Shown: positions 27,089-36,162 of the stretch, one piece after another
Numbering within the stretch: position 1 is the first letter of the stretch
Layout: each line of letters opens with the position of its first letter
Source: Oscillospiraceae bacterium
GTDB taxonomy: Bacteria; Bacillota; Clostridia; UBA1381; UBA9506
Length of the DNA stretch: 64,000 nt
Reading direction: 5' to 3'
Assembly: GCA_015068555.1 (NCBI GenBank)
Contig: SVKI01000001.1
Coordinates: 21,093 to 85,092, forward strand
Notes under the pieces: model-generated
Databases searched by the model: none
What the model saw: only the letters and a program-made list of their open reading frames with translations
What the model was told of the DNA's origin: nothing
Program-made: the position numbers and the translations under genes

Positions 27089-28092
27089 ACTTTCCATTTG
27101 ATCAGGAGATTTTCTTACACAGTTGGGAGGCTGCACCCGATCCGACAAAAACAGCTATGATTGATAGTGGTGCACTGGTAGAGGATGCTATGATTGAGGC
27201 ACGCATTCAAAATGATGGTTGCCTTTACACCATTCCTTTTTACAGTGCGTTAGACGGTGAACCGGACAATTATGACGGTGCAACAGATATTATGGCTCAG
27301 GAACCCGTGGGTGGCAGTCAGACCGGTGTTGTATACGGCCGCGGTAAAGGCTTTACGGCGCGCAATTTTGCGGCAGAACTTTCCGGTGGTGATCCGCTTG
27401 GCCATATTGCCACTACAATCGGCAAATATTGGGCAAAACAGCGCCAGAAAAACCTGCTTGCCATTTTAGAAGCAATTTTTGGTATTACCGGTAGCGGCAA
27501 TGCTAAGAAGTGGCAGGAAAATCACGTAGTTGATTTAACCAAGGAAGCATCTGCTGCCTATACCATCGGTGCAACAGATTTAAACGATTTGGCTACAAAA
27601 GCATTGGGCGACAACAAGAATCTGTTTTCTCTGGCTATTATGCATTCTGATGTTGCTAAGACCCTGGAAAATCTGCAGCTTTTAGAGTTCTGGAAGTACA
27701 CAGATGCAAATGGTATTCAAAGACCTGCGTCTATTGCCTCTGTAAGCGGCTTTACCGTTGTGATTGATGATGGCGTACCTGTTGACCGCACCAGCGAAAG
27801 CGGTACACCTGCTTACACCACATACCTTTTGGGTGAAGGTGCTATCAGAACTGCTAAAGCCAGAGTGGATGTACCGGCTGAGGTACATCGCGATCCCAGT
27901 GTTAACGGTGGTCAGGATACATTATATACCAGAATTCGCGAGACAATTCATCCGAACGGTTTCTCGTTTAATGTACCTGGTAGCGATTGGACCAATAGCC
28001 CGACCGATGCACAATTAGGTGCAACAGCAAACTGGTCAATCTCCTTTGATCCTAAGGCAATTCCTATTGCTAAGCTTGTAACAAACGGTTAA
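27073..28092 (+). CDS. Phage major capsid protein (putative HK97-fold)
   Basis: RBS GGAGG 7 nt upstream. It overlaps the scaffold gene by 16 nt. Its size (339 aa) and position fit a capsid, but no specific family is recognised by eye. Confidence 0.6.
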   Translation: MSTYLNFPFDQEIFLHSWEAAPDPTKTAMIDSGALVEDAMIEARIQNDGCLYTIPFYSALDGEPDNYDGATDIMAQEPVGGSQTGVVYGRGKGFTARNFAAELSGGDPLGHIATTIGKYWAKQRQKNLLAILEAIFGITGSGNAKKWQENHVVDLTKEASAAYTIGATDLNDLATKALGDNKNLFSLAIMHSDVAKTLENLQLLEFWKYTDANGIQRPASIASVSGFTVVIDDGVPVDRTSESGTPAYTTYLLGEGAIRTAKARVDVPAEVHRDPSVNGGQDTLYTRIRETIHPNGFSFNVPGSDWTNSPTDAQLGATANWSISFDPKAIPIAKLVTNG

Positions 28093-28217
28093 TGTTGAAT
28101 GTGGGGCGGGAGGGAGGAAAGAGCGTATGATAGATTATTCATATTATAAAGATACATGGTAAAATAATTCTCACAAGCACAGCAACAACAGGTGTTGTAT
28201 ACGCTAAAATCGGTAGC

Positions 28218-28688
28218 GTGTTTTTTGAAAAGGGAAAAACATATCATAGAGCAATTTTAGAACAGGAAAATACATTCAGTTATCCTTATTTTAAGAAAAA
28301 CGATTTTATGCCGTATTATCCTACCTTTCCGATAGAGGAAGATATCTCGCTGGATGTGGGTGTATATATGGAAGATATTAGTCAAGTCGGTAATGTTGCA
28401 AGCATTTATATTCAAATTGAGGAAGGGCCGGAAGCTCCGGTCGAATATACAAAGTACATAGAAGATATAACCGAAGTTACTGTAACGAAACAGACGGATG
28501 GCGGAGTGGAGGAAGCTTATACACCGCGTGCTGACGGCGTTGTGGAGGGCGTTATGTCTTCCTCGCCTTCTATGTTGCTTTCTGCAAATACAAACGATGC
28601 TGTTATAAACTGTACATATAATGTTGATACAAACAAGGCGATTGAGCGCCTGACAGATGCGATTATTTCATTAGGAGGGAACGTATAA
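28218..28688 (+). CDS. Phage hypothetical protein, possibly the 3' remnant of a tail-fiber/baseplate-region gene
   Basis: The GTG start has no convincing RBS. The gene lies just before an XkdX-like ORF, as in PBSX-type late regions. The true N-terminus is uncertain. Confidence 0.35.
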   Translation: MFFEKGKTYHRAILEQENTFSYPYFKKNDFMPYYPTFPIEEDISLDVGVYMEDISQVGNVASIYIQIEEGPEAPVEYTKYIEDITEVTVTKQTDGGVEEAYTPRADGVVEGVMSSSPSMLLSANTNDAVINCTYNVDTNKAIERLTDAIISLGGNV

Positions 28689-28891
28689 TGTTTAATTTGA
28701 GAGATTTTATTAAAAAGGGCTTACTGGATGCAATAGGTAAAATGGCGGATTATCAGGTTATCTTACATGCGGTTGGCTGGCATGAGAAGGGCGTTTTGAC
28801 AGAAGATGACCTGGCTGAAATTAACGCAGTCATTGGGGAGCAACACCTGAATATAGAAGAGGCTCCGCACCAAGCAGAAGGGAGCCAATAA
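28688..28891 (+). CDS. XkdX-like small phage protein
   Basis: 67 aa. The ...GWHEKGVLTEDDLAEINAVIGE pattern resembles XkdX-family proteins, which sit between tail-fiber genes and the lysis cassette. The start overlaps the upstream stop. Confidence 0.45.
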   Translation: MFNLRDFIKKGLLDAIGKMADYQVILHAVGWHEKGVLTEDDLAEINAVIGEQHLNIEEAPHQAEGSQ

Positions 28892-28907
28892 GGGAGGTTG
28901 ATTGGTC

Positions 28908-30122
28908 ATGAAGGTGTTTATTGACGCCGGACACAATTATACGGGTCATGATACCGGTGCTCAGGGCAACGGCTTAAAAGAGCAGGAGGTTAGTTTTACC
29001 ATCGCCGACTATTTGCGTTTGTTGCTTTTAGAGGCTGGTCATAATGTTAAAATGAGCCGGAACAGTATGACAGATTCTGTAGGGAATACGGTTTCTTCCA
29101 GCATAGGCGGTCGTGCAGCGCAGGCAAATGAATGGGGAGCAGATGTATTTCTTTCCATTCATTGCAATGCCGGGGGCGGACGCGGAACAGAGTGCCTGAT
29201 ATATGGCCGTGGCGGAACATCAGAAGAATATGCTACCGGGATTCAAAGAACCATTGTAGATAGATTGGGCACTATGAACAGGGGTGTAAAAGTCAGAGCC
29301 GAACTGGGCGTTTGGCGATTGACTTCCATGCCGGCAGTTTTGATTGAAACGGCTTTTATCGACAATGAAGCAGATGCAAGACTTTTGCGAGATCAGCCGG
29401 AGAATTTTGCCCTTGCCATTTTTGAAGGATTACTTGAAAAAATGGATCAGAAATCCATAGAAAACAATACGAACCAAACAGTTATGAGGTTACCTTCTGA
29501 GGTTTATGTACAGGAAATAGAGCCGGAAAACTTTGATATTTTGGTATGTGATGCAAAAAAACGAAGCGTAGCTAAAAACAGATATTTTAACGGCGGTTAT
29601 TTTGCAGTGCAGGCAGACGGCAGCACAATACCGGTAGGAAATCTGGCATCAGAAGGTGTTATTGTGGCGCAGGCAAAGGACAATCCGGCATGGATTAATC
29701 TGTCACAAAAGGCCCTCACGACGATCTACACGGTTAAAGACTATGAAAAGGACCGTTTTTTTTGCTATATATCAAAGACTGACAGGTTAGAGAATATTCC
29801 GGGATTAAGATCTGCGATTTCCGGCATTCCCATTATTTTTAACGGAAAATTCGTACCTTATGAAGCGATTTTAGCAGAAGGTTATTTTGGTAATGAACTA
29901 TATGATACATGGCATGGATTTTTGGGTATACGTAACCAAAAGCTTTGTTATGTTGCTATGAAATGCGGTTTTGAAGAAATGTGTTGGGCATTGGTTGCTT
30001 TGGGTATCTACGATGCCATTAAGTTAGACGGTGGCGGTTCATTTATTCTGCATGACATAAAAGAGCTTTCCGGTACTTATGAAAACAGAAGAATTCACAA
30101 TGTGGGAGTGTGGACCTCATGA
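28908..30122 (+). CDS. Endolysin: N-terminal N-acetylmuramoyl-L-alanine amidase (Amidase_3) plus C-terminal phosphodiester-glycosidase-like (NAGPA/DUF2233-like) domain
   Basis: ATG at 28908 follows GGGAGG. The amidase part reads FIDAGHNYTGHDTGA...LSIHCNAGGGRGTE...IETAFIDNEADA. The C-terminal part reads FNGGYF...LGIRNQKLCYVAMK...ALGIYDAIKLDGGGSFIL. Confidence 0.75.
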   Translation: MKVFIDAGHNYTGHDTGAQGNGLKEQEVSFTIADYLRLLLLEAGHNVKMSRNSMTDSVGNTVSSSIGGRAAQANEWGADVFLSIHCNAGGGRGTECLIYGRGGTSEEYATGIQRTIVDRLGTMNRGVKVRAELGVWRLTSMPAVLIETAFIDNEADARLLRDQPENFALAIFEGLLEKMDQKSIENNTNQTVMRLPSEVYVQEIEPENFDILVCDAKKRSVAKNRYFNGGYFAVQADGSTIPVGNLASEGVIVAQAKDNPAWINLSQKALTTIYTVKDYEKDRFFCYISKTDRLENIPGLRSAISGIPIIFNGKFVPYEAILAEGYFGNELYDTWHGFLGIRNQKLCYVAMKCGFEEMCWALVALGIYDAIKLDGGGSFILHDIKELSGTYENRRIHNVGVWTS

Positions 30123-30382
30123 ATGAAGCATATCGTCCCATTCGAAGAGAATGCAAGGAAGAATTTGAGAAACTTCATAAGCGGATTGATAAGAGAGATA
30201 AGCTTTTGGGTGAGCAGGAGGACAGATTACAGGCACACGGTGAATCTCTGGCGCGCATGAGTGAGGATGTGATTCATGTAACACAATCTATTAGTGGTCT
30301 TACAAAAGCATTGTGGGGTGTGACGGGTTCATTGCTTGCTACTTTGTTCGGATTTTTAATCTGGTATGTGCAGTCAATATAG
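30119..30382 (+). CDS. XhlA-like lysis accessory protein (coiled coil plus C-terminal TM helix)
   Basis: An ATGA overlap joins it to the endolysin stop. The N-terminus is charged and helical, and the C-terminal TM helix reads LWGVTGSLLATLFGFLIWYV. Confidence 0.55.
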   Translation: MNEAYRPIRRECKEEFEKLHKRIDKRDKLLGEQEDRLQAHGESLARMSEDVIHVTQSISGLTKALWGVTGSLLATLFGFLIWYVQSI

Positions 30383-30394
30383 AAGGAGGATTCT

Positions 30395-30703
30395 ATGTAC
30401 GATTACATGAAAGAATTCATTAAACCGGAGTTTTTAATTCTGGTTCCGGTACTTTACGTTTTGGGTATGTCATTAAAAAAATCAAAACTGCAGGATCATT
30501 TAATTCCTTTGATTTTAGGTGTTGTTTCTGTTGCGCTTGTAATACTTTACATAGTAGCAACAAGCAGCGTTGACAATTGGCAAAGTATCTTGCTAGCGGT
30601 TTTTTCAGGGTTGACCCAAGGGATTCTTTGCGCCGGTGCCAGCGTGTATGTGAACCAGCTAATTAGACAACGGCAAAAGAAAAATGACAGTGAAAAATCG
30701 TAA
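30395..30703 (+). CDS. Phage holin
   Basis: RBS GAAGGAGG. 102 aa with predicted TM helices (FLILVPVLYVLGM, LIPLILGVVSVALVILYIV, ILLAVFSGLTQGILCAGA) and a basic tail. Confidence 0.65.
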   Translation: MYDYMKEFIKPEFLILVPVLYVLGMSLKKSKLQDHLIPLILGVVSVALVILYIVATSSVDNWQSILLAVFSGLTQGILCAGASVYVNQLIRQRQKKNDSEKS

Positions 30704-30704
30704 A

Positions 30705-30740
30705 AGAAAAAGAGAAGTCACTTGGTGACTTCTCTTTTAT
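30705..30740. terminator. Bidirectional intrinsic terminator shared by the holin (+) and tkt (-) genes
   Basis: AAAAGAGAAGTCAC-ttgg-GTGACTTCTCTTTT. Confidence 0.8.
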
Positions 30741-30751
30741 ATTGTTTTTAA

Positions 30752-31693
30752 TTATTTCTTCAGTTTGATAACTTCTTCAACCTGTTTTGCGATGTTCTTT
30801 GCAGTCAGGCCGTATTCTTCAAGCAGAACAGCGGGTTTACCGGACTTACCAAACTTATCCTGTGTACCTACGCGACGCATGGGAACAGGGCAGTTTTCGC
30901 AGAGAACTTCTGCAACAGCACTACCTAAACCGCCAATGATGTTATGTTCTTCAGCGGTTACAATAGCACCGGTTTCGCTGGCAGCCTTGATTAAGATATC
31001 CTTATCAATCGGTTTGATTGTGTGGATGTTAATCACTCTGGCATTGATGCCGGACTCTGCCAAAATCTTTTTAGCCTCCAAAGCTTCGGGAACCATCAGA
31101 CCTGTAGCAACGATGGTTGCATCGGTACCGGGTTCAAGTTCAATACCTTTACCCAGTTCGAATTTGTATGTAGCACGATCAAAGAGTTCCGGAACAGCCA
31201 GACGGCCAAAACGGAGGTAAACAGGACCGTGATGCTTGATAGCAGCTTCAACAGCCAGGATAGCTTCGGTAGCATCTGCGGGGTTGATTACAACCATGTT
31301 GGGGATGGTACGCATGATGCCGATGTCTTCCAGACATTGGTGAGATGCACCGTCTTCACCAACAGAGATACCTGCATGGGTAGCACCAATCTTTACATTC
31401 AGATTGGGGTAACCAATGGAGTTTCTAATCTGTTCAAAAGCTCTGCCTGCCGCAAACATAGCAAAGGAGCTTGCAAAAACAGTTTTGCCGCAAGTAGCAA
31501 GACCGGCAGCGGTTGTTACCATGCTTGCTTCTGCAATACCGGCGTTAAAGAAACGCTCGGGAAATTTCTTTTTAAATGTATCGGTTTTTGTTGATTTGGA
31601 AAGGTCAGCGTCTAAAACGATCAAATCTTTATAAGTTTCGCCGAATTCTGCTAAAGCCAATCCGTAAGCTTCACGTGTTGCAATCTTACCCAT
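30752..31693 (-). CDS. Transketolase, C-terminal subunit
   Basis: 313 aa. The split transketolase pyrimidine-binding and C-terminal domains are present (FFNAGIAEASMV..., GEDGASHQ). Confidence 0.9.
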   Translation of the reverse strand: MGKIATREAYGLALAEFGETYKDLIVLDADLSKSTKTDTFKKKFPERFFNAGIAEASMVTTAAGLATCGKTVFASSFAMFAAGRAFEQIRNSIGYPNLNVKIGATHAGISVGEDGASHQCLEDIGIMRTIPNMVVINPADATEAILAVEAAIKHHGPVYLRFGRLAVPELFDRATYKFELGKGIELEPGTDATIVATGLMVPEALEAKKILAESGINARVINIHTIKPIDKDILIKAASETGAIVTAEEHNIIGGLGSAVAEVLCENCPVPMRRVGTQDKFGKSGKPAVLLEEYGLTAKNIAKQVEEVIKLKK

Positions 31694-32541
31694 TAGGCTT
31701 CTACCTCCAATTCTTTGATTTGAGCGTCGAGCTCGCTGATTGCCTGGTTATACTGCTCTTCGTTGGGAGCATTACCATGCCAGCCAGCCTGATTTTCCAT
31801 AAAGGAAACACCTTTACCCTTAACGCTCTTCATGATGATAACGGTCGGCTTGCCTTTTGTGGCTTTAGCTTCGCAAATTGCATCATACAGCTTTTCGGGG
31901 TCATGTGCATCGGTTACGATAACATGCCAGTTGAAGGCTTTGAACTTTTCATCAATGGGCAGAGGAGACATAACCTTTTCAATGTCACCATCAATCTGCA
32001 GACCATTAAAGTCAACAAATGCGGTCAGGTTGTCTAGTTTGTAGTGAGCAGCAAACATAGCAGCTTCCCAAACCTGACCTTCTTCTAATTCACCATCGCC
32101 CAGAATGGAGTACACGCGGTAATCTTTATTATCAATTTTACCAGCCAGCGCCATGCCGTTAGCGGCACAGATGCCCTGACCCAATGAACCGGTTGACATA
32201 TCTACGCCGGGAACGCCCTTCATATCGGGATGACCCTGCAGGTAGCTGTCTGCTTTACGGAAAGTAGCACAATCTGCAACAGGGAAGAAACCGCGTTCTG
32301 CTAAGGTTGCATACAGTGCGGGGGAACAGTGACCCTTTGAAAGAACAAATCTGTCTCTGTCCTCTTTTTTTGGATTGCTCGGGTCAACATTCATGACCTC
32401 AAAATACAATACGGACAACGCGTCCGCGATGGATAATGAACCTCCCGGATGGCCGGATGAGGCGCTGTAAACAGCCGTGAGAGCATTTTTTCTAATCTTG
32501 TTAGCCAGGATTTTGAGCTCTCTGACTCTATTCTTATCCAC
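31693..32541 (-). CDS. Transketolase, N-terminal (TPP-binding) subunit
   Basis: SSGHPGGSLS, GHCSPALYA and GDGELEEGQVWEA motifs are present. I prefer the GTG at 32541 (RBS AAAGGGG) over the track TTG at 32559. Confidence 0.9.
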   Translation of the reverse strand: MDKNRVRELKILANKIRKNALTAVYSASSGHPGGSLSIADALSVLYFEVMNVDPSNPKKEDRDRFVLSKGHCSPALYATLAERGFFPVADCATFRKADSYLQGHPDMKGVPGVDMSTGSLGQGICAANGMALAGKIDNKDYRVYSILGDGELEEGQVWEAAMFAAHYKLDNLTAFVDFNGLQIDGDIEKVMSPLPIDEKFKAFNWHVIVTDAHDPEKLYDAICEAKATKGKPTVIIMKSVKGKGVSFMENQAGWHGNAPNEEQYNQAISELDAQIKELEVEA

Positions 32542-32562
32542 GTTTTTCGCCCCTTTCAAAAG

Positions 32563-33426
32563 TTAATTTATGGGATAATTTTTAAAACCTTCACCGGAAA
32601 CCGAACGGGCGCCGGTAAAGATAATAAACGCTGTTGGGTCGTGCGCCAAGACGATTTTTTTAAGCTTGGGGATTTCATGCTTTTTAATCACGCACAACAA
32701 TACCAGACCGTCTTTTTGTGTATACATTCTTTTGCAGTAGAGACCTGTGGCGCCACGATCTAAAACGCGCATGGTCTCCTGTGCGATTTGCTCTGCTTTA
32801 GGTGAAACAATATAAACAACCTTGGCAAAGTTCGCGCCTTGTATCATTAAATCAATTAATATGCTGTTTGTTGTAGCTGCGATTACGCCGTAGAGGCAGG
32901 CTTCGGCATGACCTGCGGCAAAAGCAGCACAGAGAATGATGACGCCATCCGTCACCAAGAGCCATTTACCTACATCAAGACCCGGAAACAGGCGATGCAA
33001 AAGATGTGCGGCAATATCACTGCCACCGGTTGTGGCACCAGTTAAAAAAATGATACCCATACCGATTCCAACCAGTCCGCCACCAAACAGGGCACATAGC
33101 ATGAGATTGTTTGTTATCGCCGGAAAGAATGACAGTACATCTGTTAATACCGAAAAGATAAAGGCACCATACATAGAGCGAAATAAAAAGCCGCTTCCCA
33201 AATGTTTATAGCCGAGGATAAACAACGGAATATTTAACAGAAGCATCAAAAGGCCGACAGGGAAGCCGGTGTAGCCATGCACGAGCACACCGATGCCGGA
33301 AAGCCCGCCGGCGACTAAGTTAACCGGTGCGAAAAACAGGCTGATTCCTAAAGCAGCTAAAAAAGCTCCAAAAGTAATTATACCATAAATTTTCAAAAAT
33401 CCCAATACTTTTTTCAAAAAAATCAC
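32563..33426 (-). CDS. YitT-family membrane protein (DUF2179 C-terminal domain)
   Basis: A multi-TM N-terminus (APVNLVAGGLSGIGVLV) with a soluble C-terminal domain. Confidence 0.75.
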   Translation of the reverse strand: MIFLKKVLGFLKIYGIITFGAFLAALGISLFFAPVNLVAGGLSGIGVLVHGYTGFPVGLLMLLLNIPLFILGYKHLGSGFLFRSMYGAFIFSVLTDVLSFFPAITNNLMLCALFGGGLVGIGMGIIFLTGATTGGSDIAAHLLHRLFPGLDVGKWLLVTDGVIILCAAFAAGHAEACLYGVIAATTNSILIDLMIQGANFAKVVYIVSPKAEQIAQETMRVLDRGATGLYCKRMYTQKDGLVLLCVIKKHEIPKLKKIVLAHDPTAFIIFTGARSVSGEGFKNYPIN

Positions 33427-33469
33427 TCCAATTGTAAATTAATATGTAAAAAAGAGTGATTTTTCTGAA

Positions 33470-33892
33470 TTAAATGGTTTTTGCAGCAGAGATAACCTCG
33501 TAGGCTTGTTCCATAATAAGTGTTAAGCGCTCTTCCTGTCCGGTTAAGTACAAATATCCCAGCAAGGCTTCAAATCCCGTTGCATACCGGTAATCGGTTA
33601 CACTGGCGTGCTTAGGTGTTGTGGCCGAGTGTGCATTACGACCACGTTTAAACACACTATCCTCTTCTTCTGTAAGTGTGCTCATCAATTCTCTTACAAC
33701 CATGCTTTGGGCTTCAGCACGGACATACCTAACGGCTTCTTTGTGCAATTTATTGGCTGAGGTATTGGCTTTTAGCAAAACCTTTGTGCGAATAAATGTT
33801 TCATACACGCCATCTCCCACAAAGGCAAGAGCCAGGGGAGAGTAGCCACGGGCCTCACTGATGGTCATATGTGGAAGGGATTTACTGTTCAT
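33470..33892 (-). CDS. mrnC: Mini-ribonuclease III
   Basis: LALAFVGDGVYETFIR and ATGFEALLGYLYL motifs. It sits in the conserved position downstream of cysS. Confidence 0.85.
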   Translation of the reverse strand: MNSKSLPHMTISEARGYSPLALAFVGDGVYETFIRTKVLLKANTSANKLHKEAVRYVRAEAQSMVVRELMSTLTEEEDSVFKRGRNAHSATTPKHASVTDYRYATGFEALLGYLYLTGQEERLTLIMEQAYEVISAAKTI

Positions 33893-35297
33893 CCTGCACC
33901 TTCTTGATGTTTAATTTCATGCCCTGGCGTGTATCAAGAACTTCTACGCCTAACGCCTTTAATTCATCACGTAAGCGGTCAGAAAGTGCCCAGTCTTTGT
34001 TCTGACGAGCTTCTGCGCGTTGCTTTAAAAGTTCTTTTACTTCATCGCTGACGGAGTCTTCTTGTTTCTTGTAGAGGACACCCAGAACCGTGCCCAGTTC
34101 TTTTAATTTATTGATGGAAGCATCAATAACTGCAAGAGGAGATTCAGCACGAATGCCGGAATTTAAGAATCTGGCCAAATCAAACAGAACAGAAATGGCA
34201 TCAGCGGTGTTTACGTCATCATCCATAGCGGCCACAAAGCGATCACCAAATTCTTCTATCTGCTTCAAGATTGCTTCGTCTTCTTCTGTTAAGGCTTTTT
34301 TCTGTGCTTTTGCCTGTAAAAATTCGAGATTATACAGGCAGGTATATAAGCGCTCAAGACCGGCCTGCGACTGCTTTAAAAGCTCATCTGAAAAGTTGAT
34401 GGCGCTGCGGTAATGGGCAGAAAGCATGAAGAAACGAATCACTTCGTAATCATATTTCTTAGAAACATCGCGAACGGTAAAGAAGTTACCCTTGGATTTT
34501 GCCATTTTTTCGTTGTTAACATTGATATAGCCGTTGTGGAGCCAATAGCGGGCAAAGGGCTTGCCGTTTGCGCATTCGCTTTGTGCAATTTCGTTTTCAT
34601 GGTGCGGGAAGATAAGGTCTTGACCACCGGAGTGAATATCAATGGTTTCACCTAAATAACGATTTGCCATGGCGGAGCATTCGATATGCCAACCGGGACG
34701 GCCTTCACCCCAGGGACTTTGCCATGCGGGCTCACCTTCTTTTTTGTTTTTCCAGAGCGCGAAATCCATGGGATTTTTTTTGCGCTCATCCACATCGATT
34801 CTGGCGCCGGCTTCCAACTCCTCTAAAGGCTGACCGGAGAGTTTGCCGTATTCAGAAAAACGGTGAATGTCAAAATACACATCGCCATCAGCTTCGTAAG
34901 CATATCCCTTTTCGATTAAGCGGCTGACGATATCGATGATAGCGTCAATATTATCGGTTGCACGGGGATGCACGCTGGCTTCTGTAATGGAAAGCCCCTT
35001 TGCATCAATGAAATACTCTTCGATAAATTTGTCTGCCAGCTGGCGAACGGTAACGCCCTGCTCGTTGGCGTTTTTAATCATTTTATCGTCAATATCCGTA
35101 AAGTTCTGAACAAACTTTACCTGATAGCCGCGGTATTCAAAATAGCGGCGCAGTGTATCGAAAATAATAAAGGGCCGTGCGTTACCGATGTGGAAAAAAT
35201 TATATACGGTCGGTCCGCAGGAATACATTTTAACTTCGCCGGGGACCAACGGAATAAACTCTTCTTTTTTTCGTGTCATAGTGTTGTACAGTTTCAT
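33882..35297 (-). CDS. cysS: Cysteine--tRNA ligase
   Basis: CGPTVYNFFHIGNARP (HIGH region) and KMAKSKGN (KMSKS region). Confidence 0.95.
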   Translation of the reverse strand: MKLYNTMTRKKEEFIPLVPGEVKMYSCGPTVYNFFHIGNARPFIIFDTLRRYFEYRGYQVKFVQNFTDIDDKMIKNANEQGVTVRQLADKFIEEYFIDAKGLSITEASVHPRATDNIDAIIDIVSRLIEKGYAYEADGDVYFDIHRFSEYGKLSGQPLEELEAGARIDVDERKKNPMDFALWKNKKEGEPAWQSPWGEGRPGWHIECSAMANRYLGETIDIHSGGQDLIFPHHENEIAQSECANGKPFARYWLHNGYINVNNEKMAKSKGNFFTVRDVSKKYDYEVIRFFMLSAHYRSAINFSDELLKQSQAGLERLYTCLYNLEFLQAKAQKKALTEEDEAILKQIEEFGDRFVAAMDDDVNTADAISVLFDLARFLNSGIRAESPLAVIDASINKLKELGTVLGVLYKKQEDSVSDEVKELLKQRAEARQNKDWALSDRLRDELKALGVEVLDTRQGMKLNIKKVQDEQ

Positions 35298-35312
35298 ATA
35301 ATTGACCTTCCT

Positions 35313-35969
35313 TTAATCAATGGATTCTTCATGTTGCGTCTCGTTTGTTTGGGCAAGACGTTTTTCCAGCTTTTCGAGCCTTGCCTGAAGTCGGCAGAGT
35401 TCCTGCGAGACAGGGTCGGGGATATGTATTTGGTCTAAATCGGATACTCTTTTATTGTTAATTTTAACAATCCGGGCGGGCACACCAACACAAGTGGAGT
35501 TGGGCGGCACTTCTCTTAAAACCACGGCGCCGGCAGCAATTTTGGAATTATCGCCCACGGTAAAGGGGCCTAATACCTTAGCGCCGCTTCCGACCGTTAC
35601 ATTGTTGCCTAAGGTAGGGTGACGTTTGCCGCTTTCCTTACCGGTACCACCTAAGGTAACGCCTTGATACAGCGTGCAGTTGTCGCCAATTTCGGTGGTT
35701 TCACCAATCACAACACCCATGCCGTGGTCGATAAAAAGACCGCGACCGATTTTGGCACCGGGATGAATTTCGATGCCTGTGAAAAAACGGCATGTTTGTG
35801 AAATGAAACGAGCCAACCCGAAACAGTGCTTTTTATATAACCAATGTGCAAAACGATACCAGCAAACTGCATGAAATCCTGAATACATAAAAAAGACTTC
35901 AAATCCGTTACGGGCTGCAGGATCCCGCTCGCGAATTGCGCGGATATCTGCTCTCATTCGACTAAACAA
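35313..35969 (-). CDS. cysE: Serine O-acetyltransferase
   Basis: The N-terminal SATase helix region is followed by hexapeptide repeats ([41 protein letters not shown]). Confidence 0.9.
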   Translation of the reverse strand: MFSRMRADIRAIRERDPAARNGFEVFFMYSGFHAVCWYRFAHWLYKKHCFGLARFISQTCRFFTGIEIHPGAKIGRGLFIDHGMGVVIGETTEIGDNCTLYQGVTLGGTGKESGKRHPTLGNNVTVGSGAKVLGPFTVGDNSKIAAGAVVLREVPPNSTCVGVPARIVKINNKRVSDLDQIHIPDPVSQELCRLQARLEKLEKRLAQTNETQHEESID

Positions 35970-36094
35970 ACACTCACCTCATTGCCAATTTGTACTTAAA
36001 TGACTTCACTTTAATCAACATAGAAGCTATTCTCAAATAGTATATCAAAATTTTGAGGAAATAGCAATATTTATCTGCTAATAACTCATTATTT

Positions 36095-36141
36095 TTTGAA
36101 AAAATTATCCCCACTGCTAATGGAACATCGGCAGTGGGGAT
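36095..36141 (-). terminator. Intrinsic terminator of the Cys-rich gene
   Basis: The minus strand reads ATCCCCACTGC-cgatgttccatta-GCAGTGGGGAT followed by AATTTTTT. Confidence 0.8.
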
Positions 36142-36162
36142 TTTAGCTTACCGTCAGTCAGG

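Larger units (their letters stand above)
23480..30740 (+). mobile_element. Phage-derived module / prophage remnant: packaging, head and lysis genes only; no integrase, connector or tail genes
   Basis: Nine same-strand genes run from the terminase large subunit to the holin, several with ATGA start/stop overlaps. The module sits between the thiT promoter and the tkt terminator. Confidence 0.8.

Noticed and set aside
23480-30740. Calling the phage region an intact inducible prophage or a PICI-type satellite.
   Set aside because: No integrase, att-like direct repeats, repressor/antirepressor, replication or tail genes are visible. It is reported as a phage-derived module or remnant, with domestication left as an open question.
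31022-31594. Long antisense ORFs inside transketolase, and similar ones inside rpsA (48407-49294), cysS (34090-35438), the giant surface-protein gene (8970-9419, 12371-12793) and others in the track.
   Set aside because: They lie opposite genes with strong motif support. Their products are low-complexity or Ser/Ala/Arg-rich, typical of antisense frames, and they lack RBSs.
35970-36095. A T-box or other leader upstream of cysE-cysS.
   Set aside because: Only about 125 nt are available, and I could find no T-box sequence, specifier hairpin or terminator/antiterminator pair.
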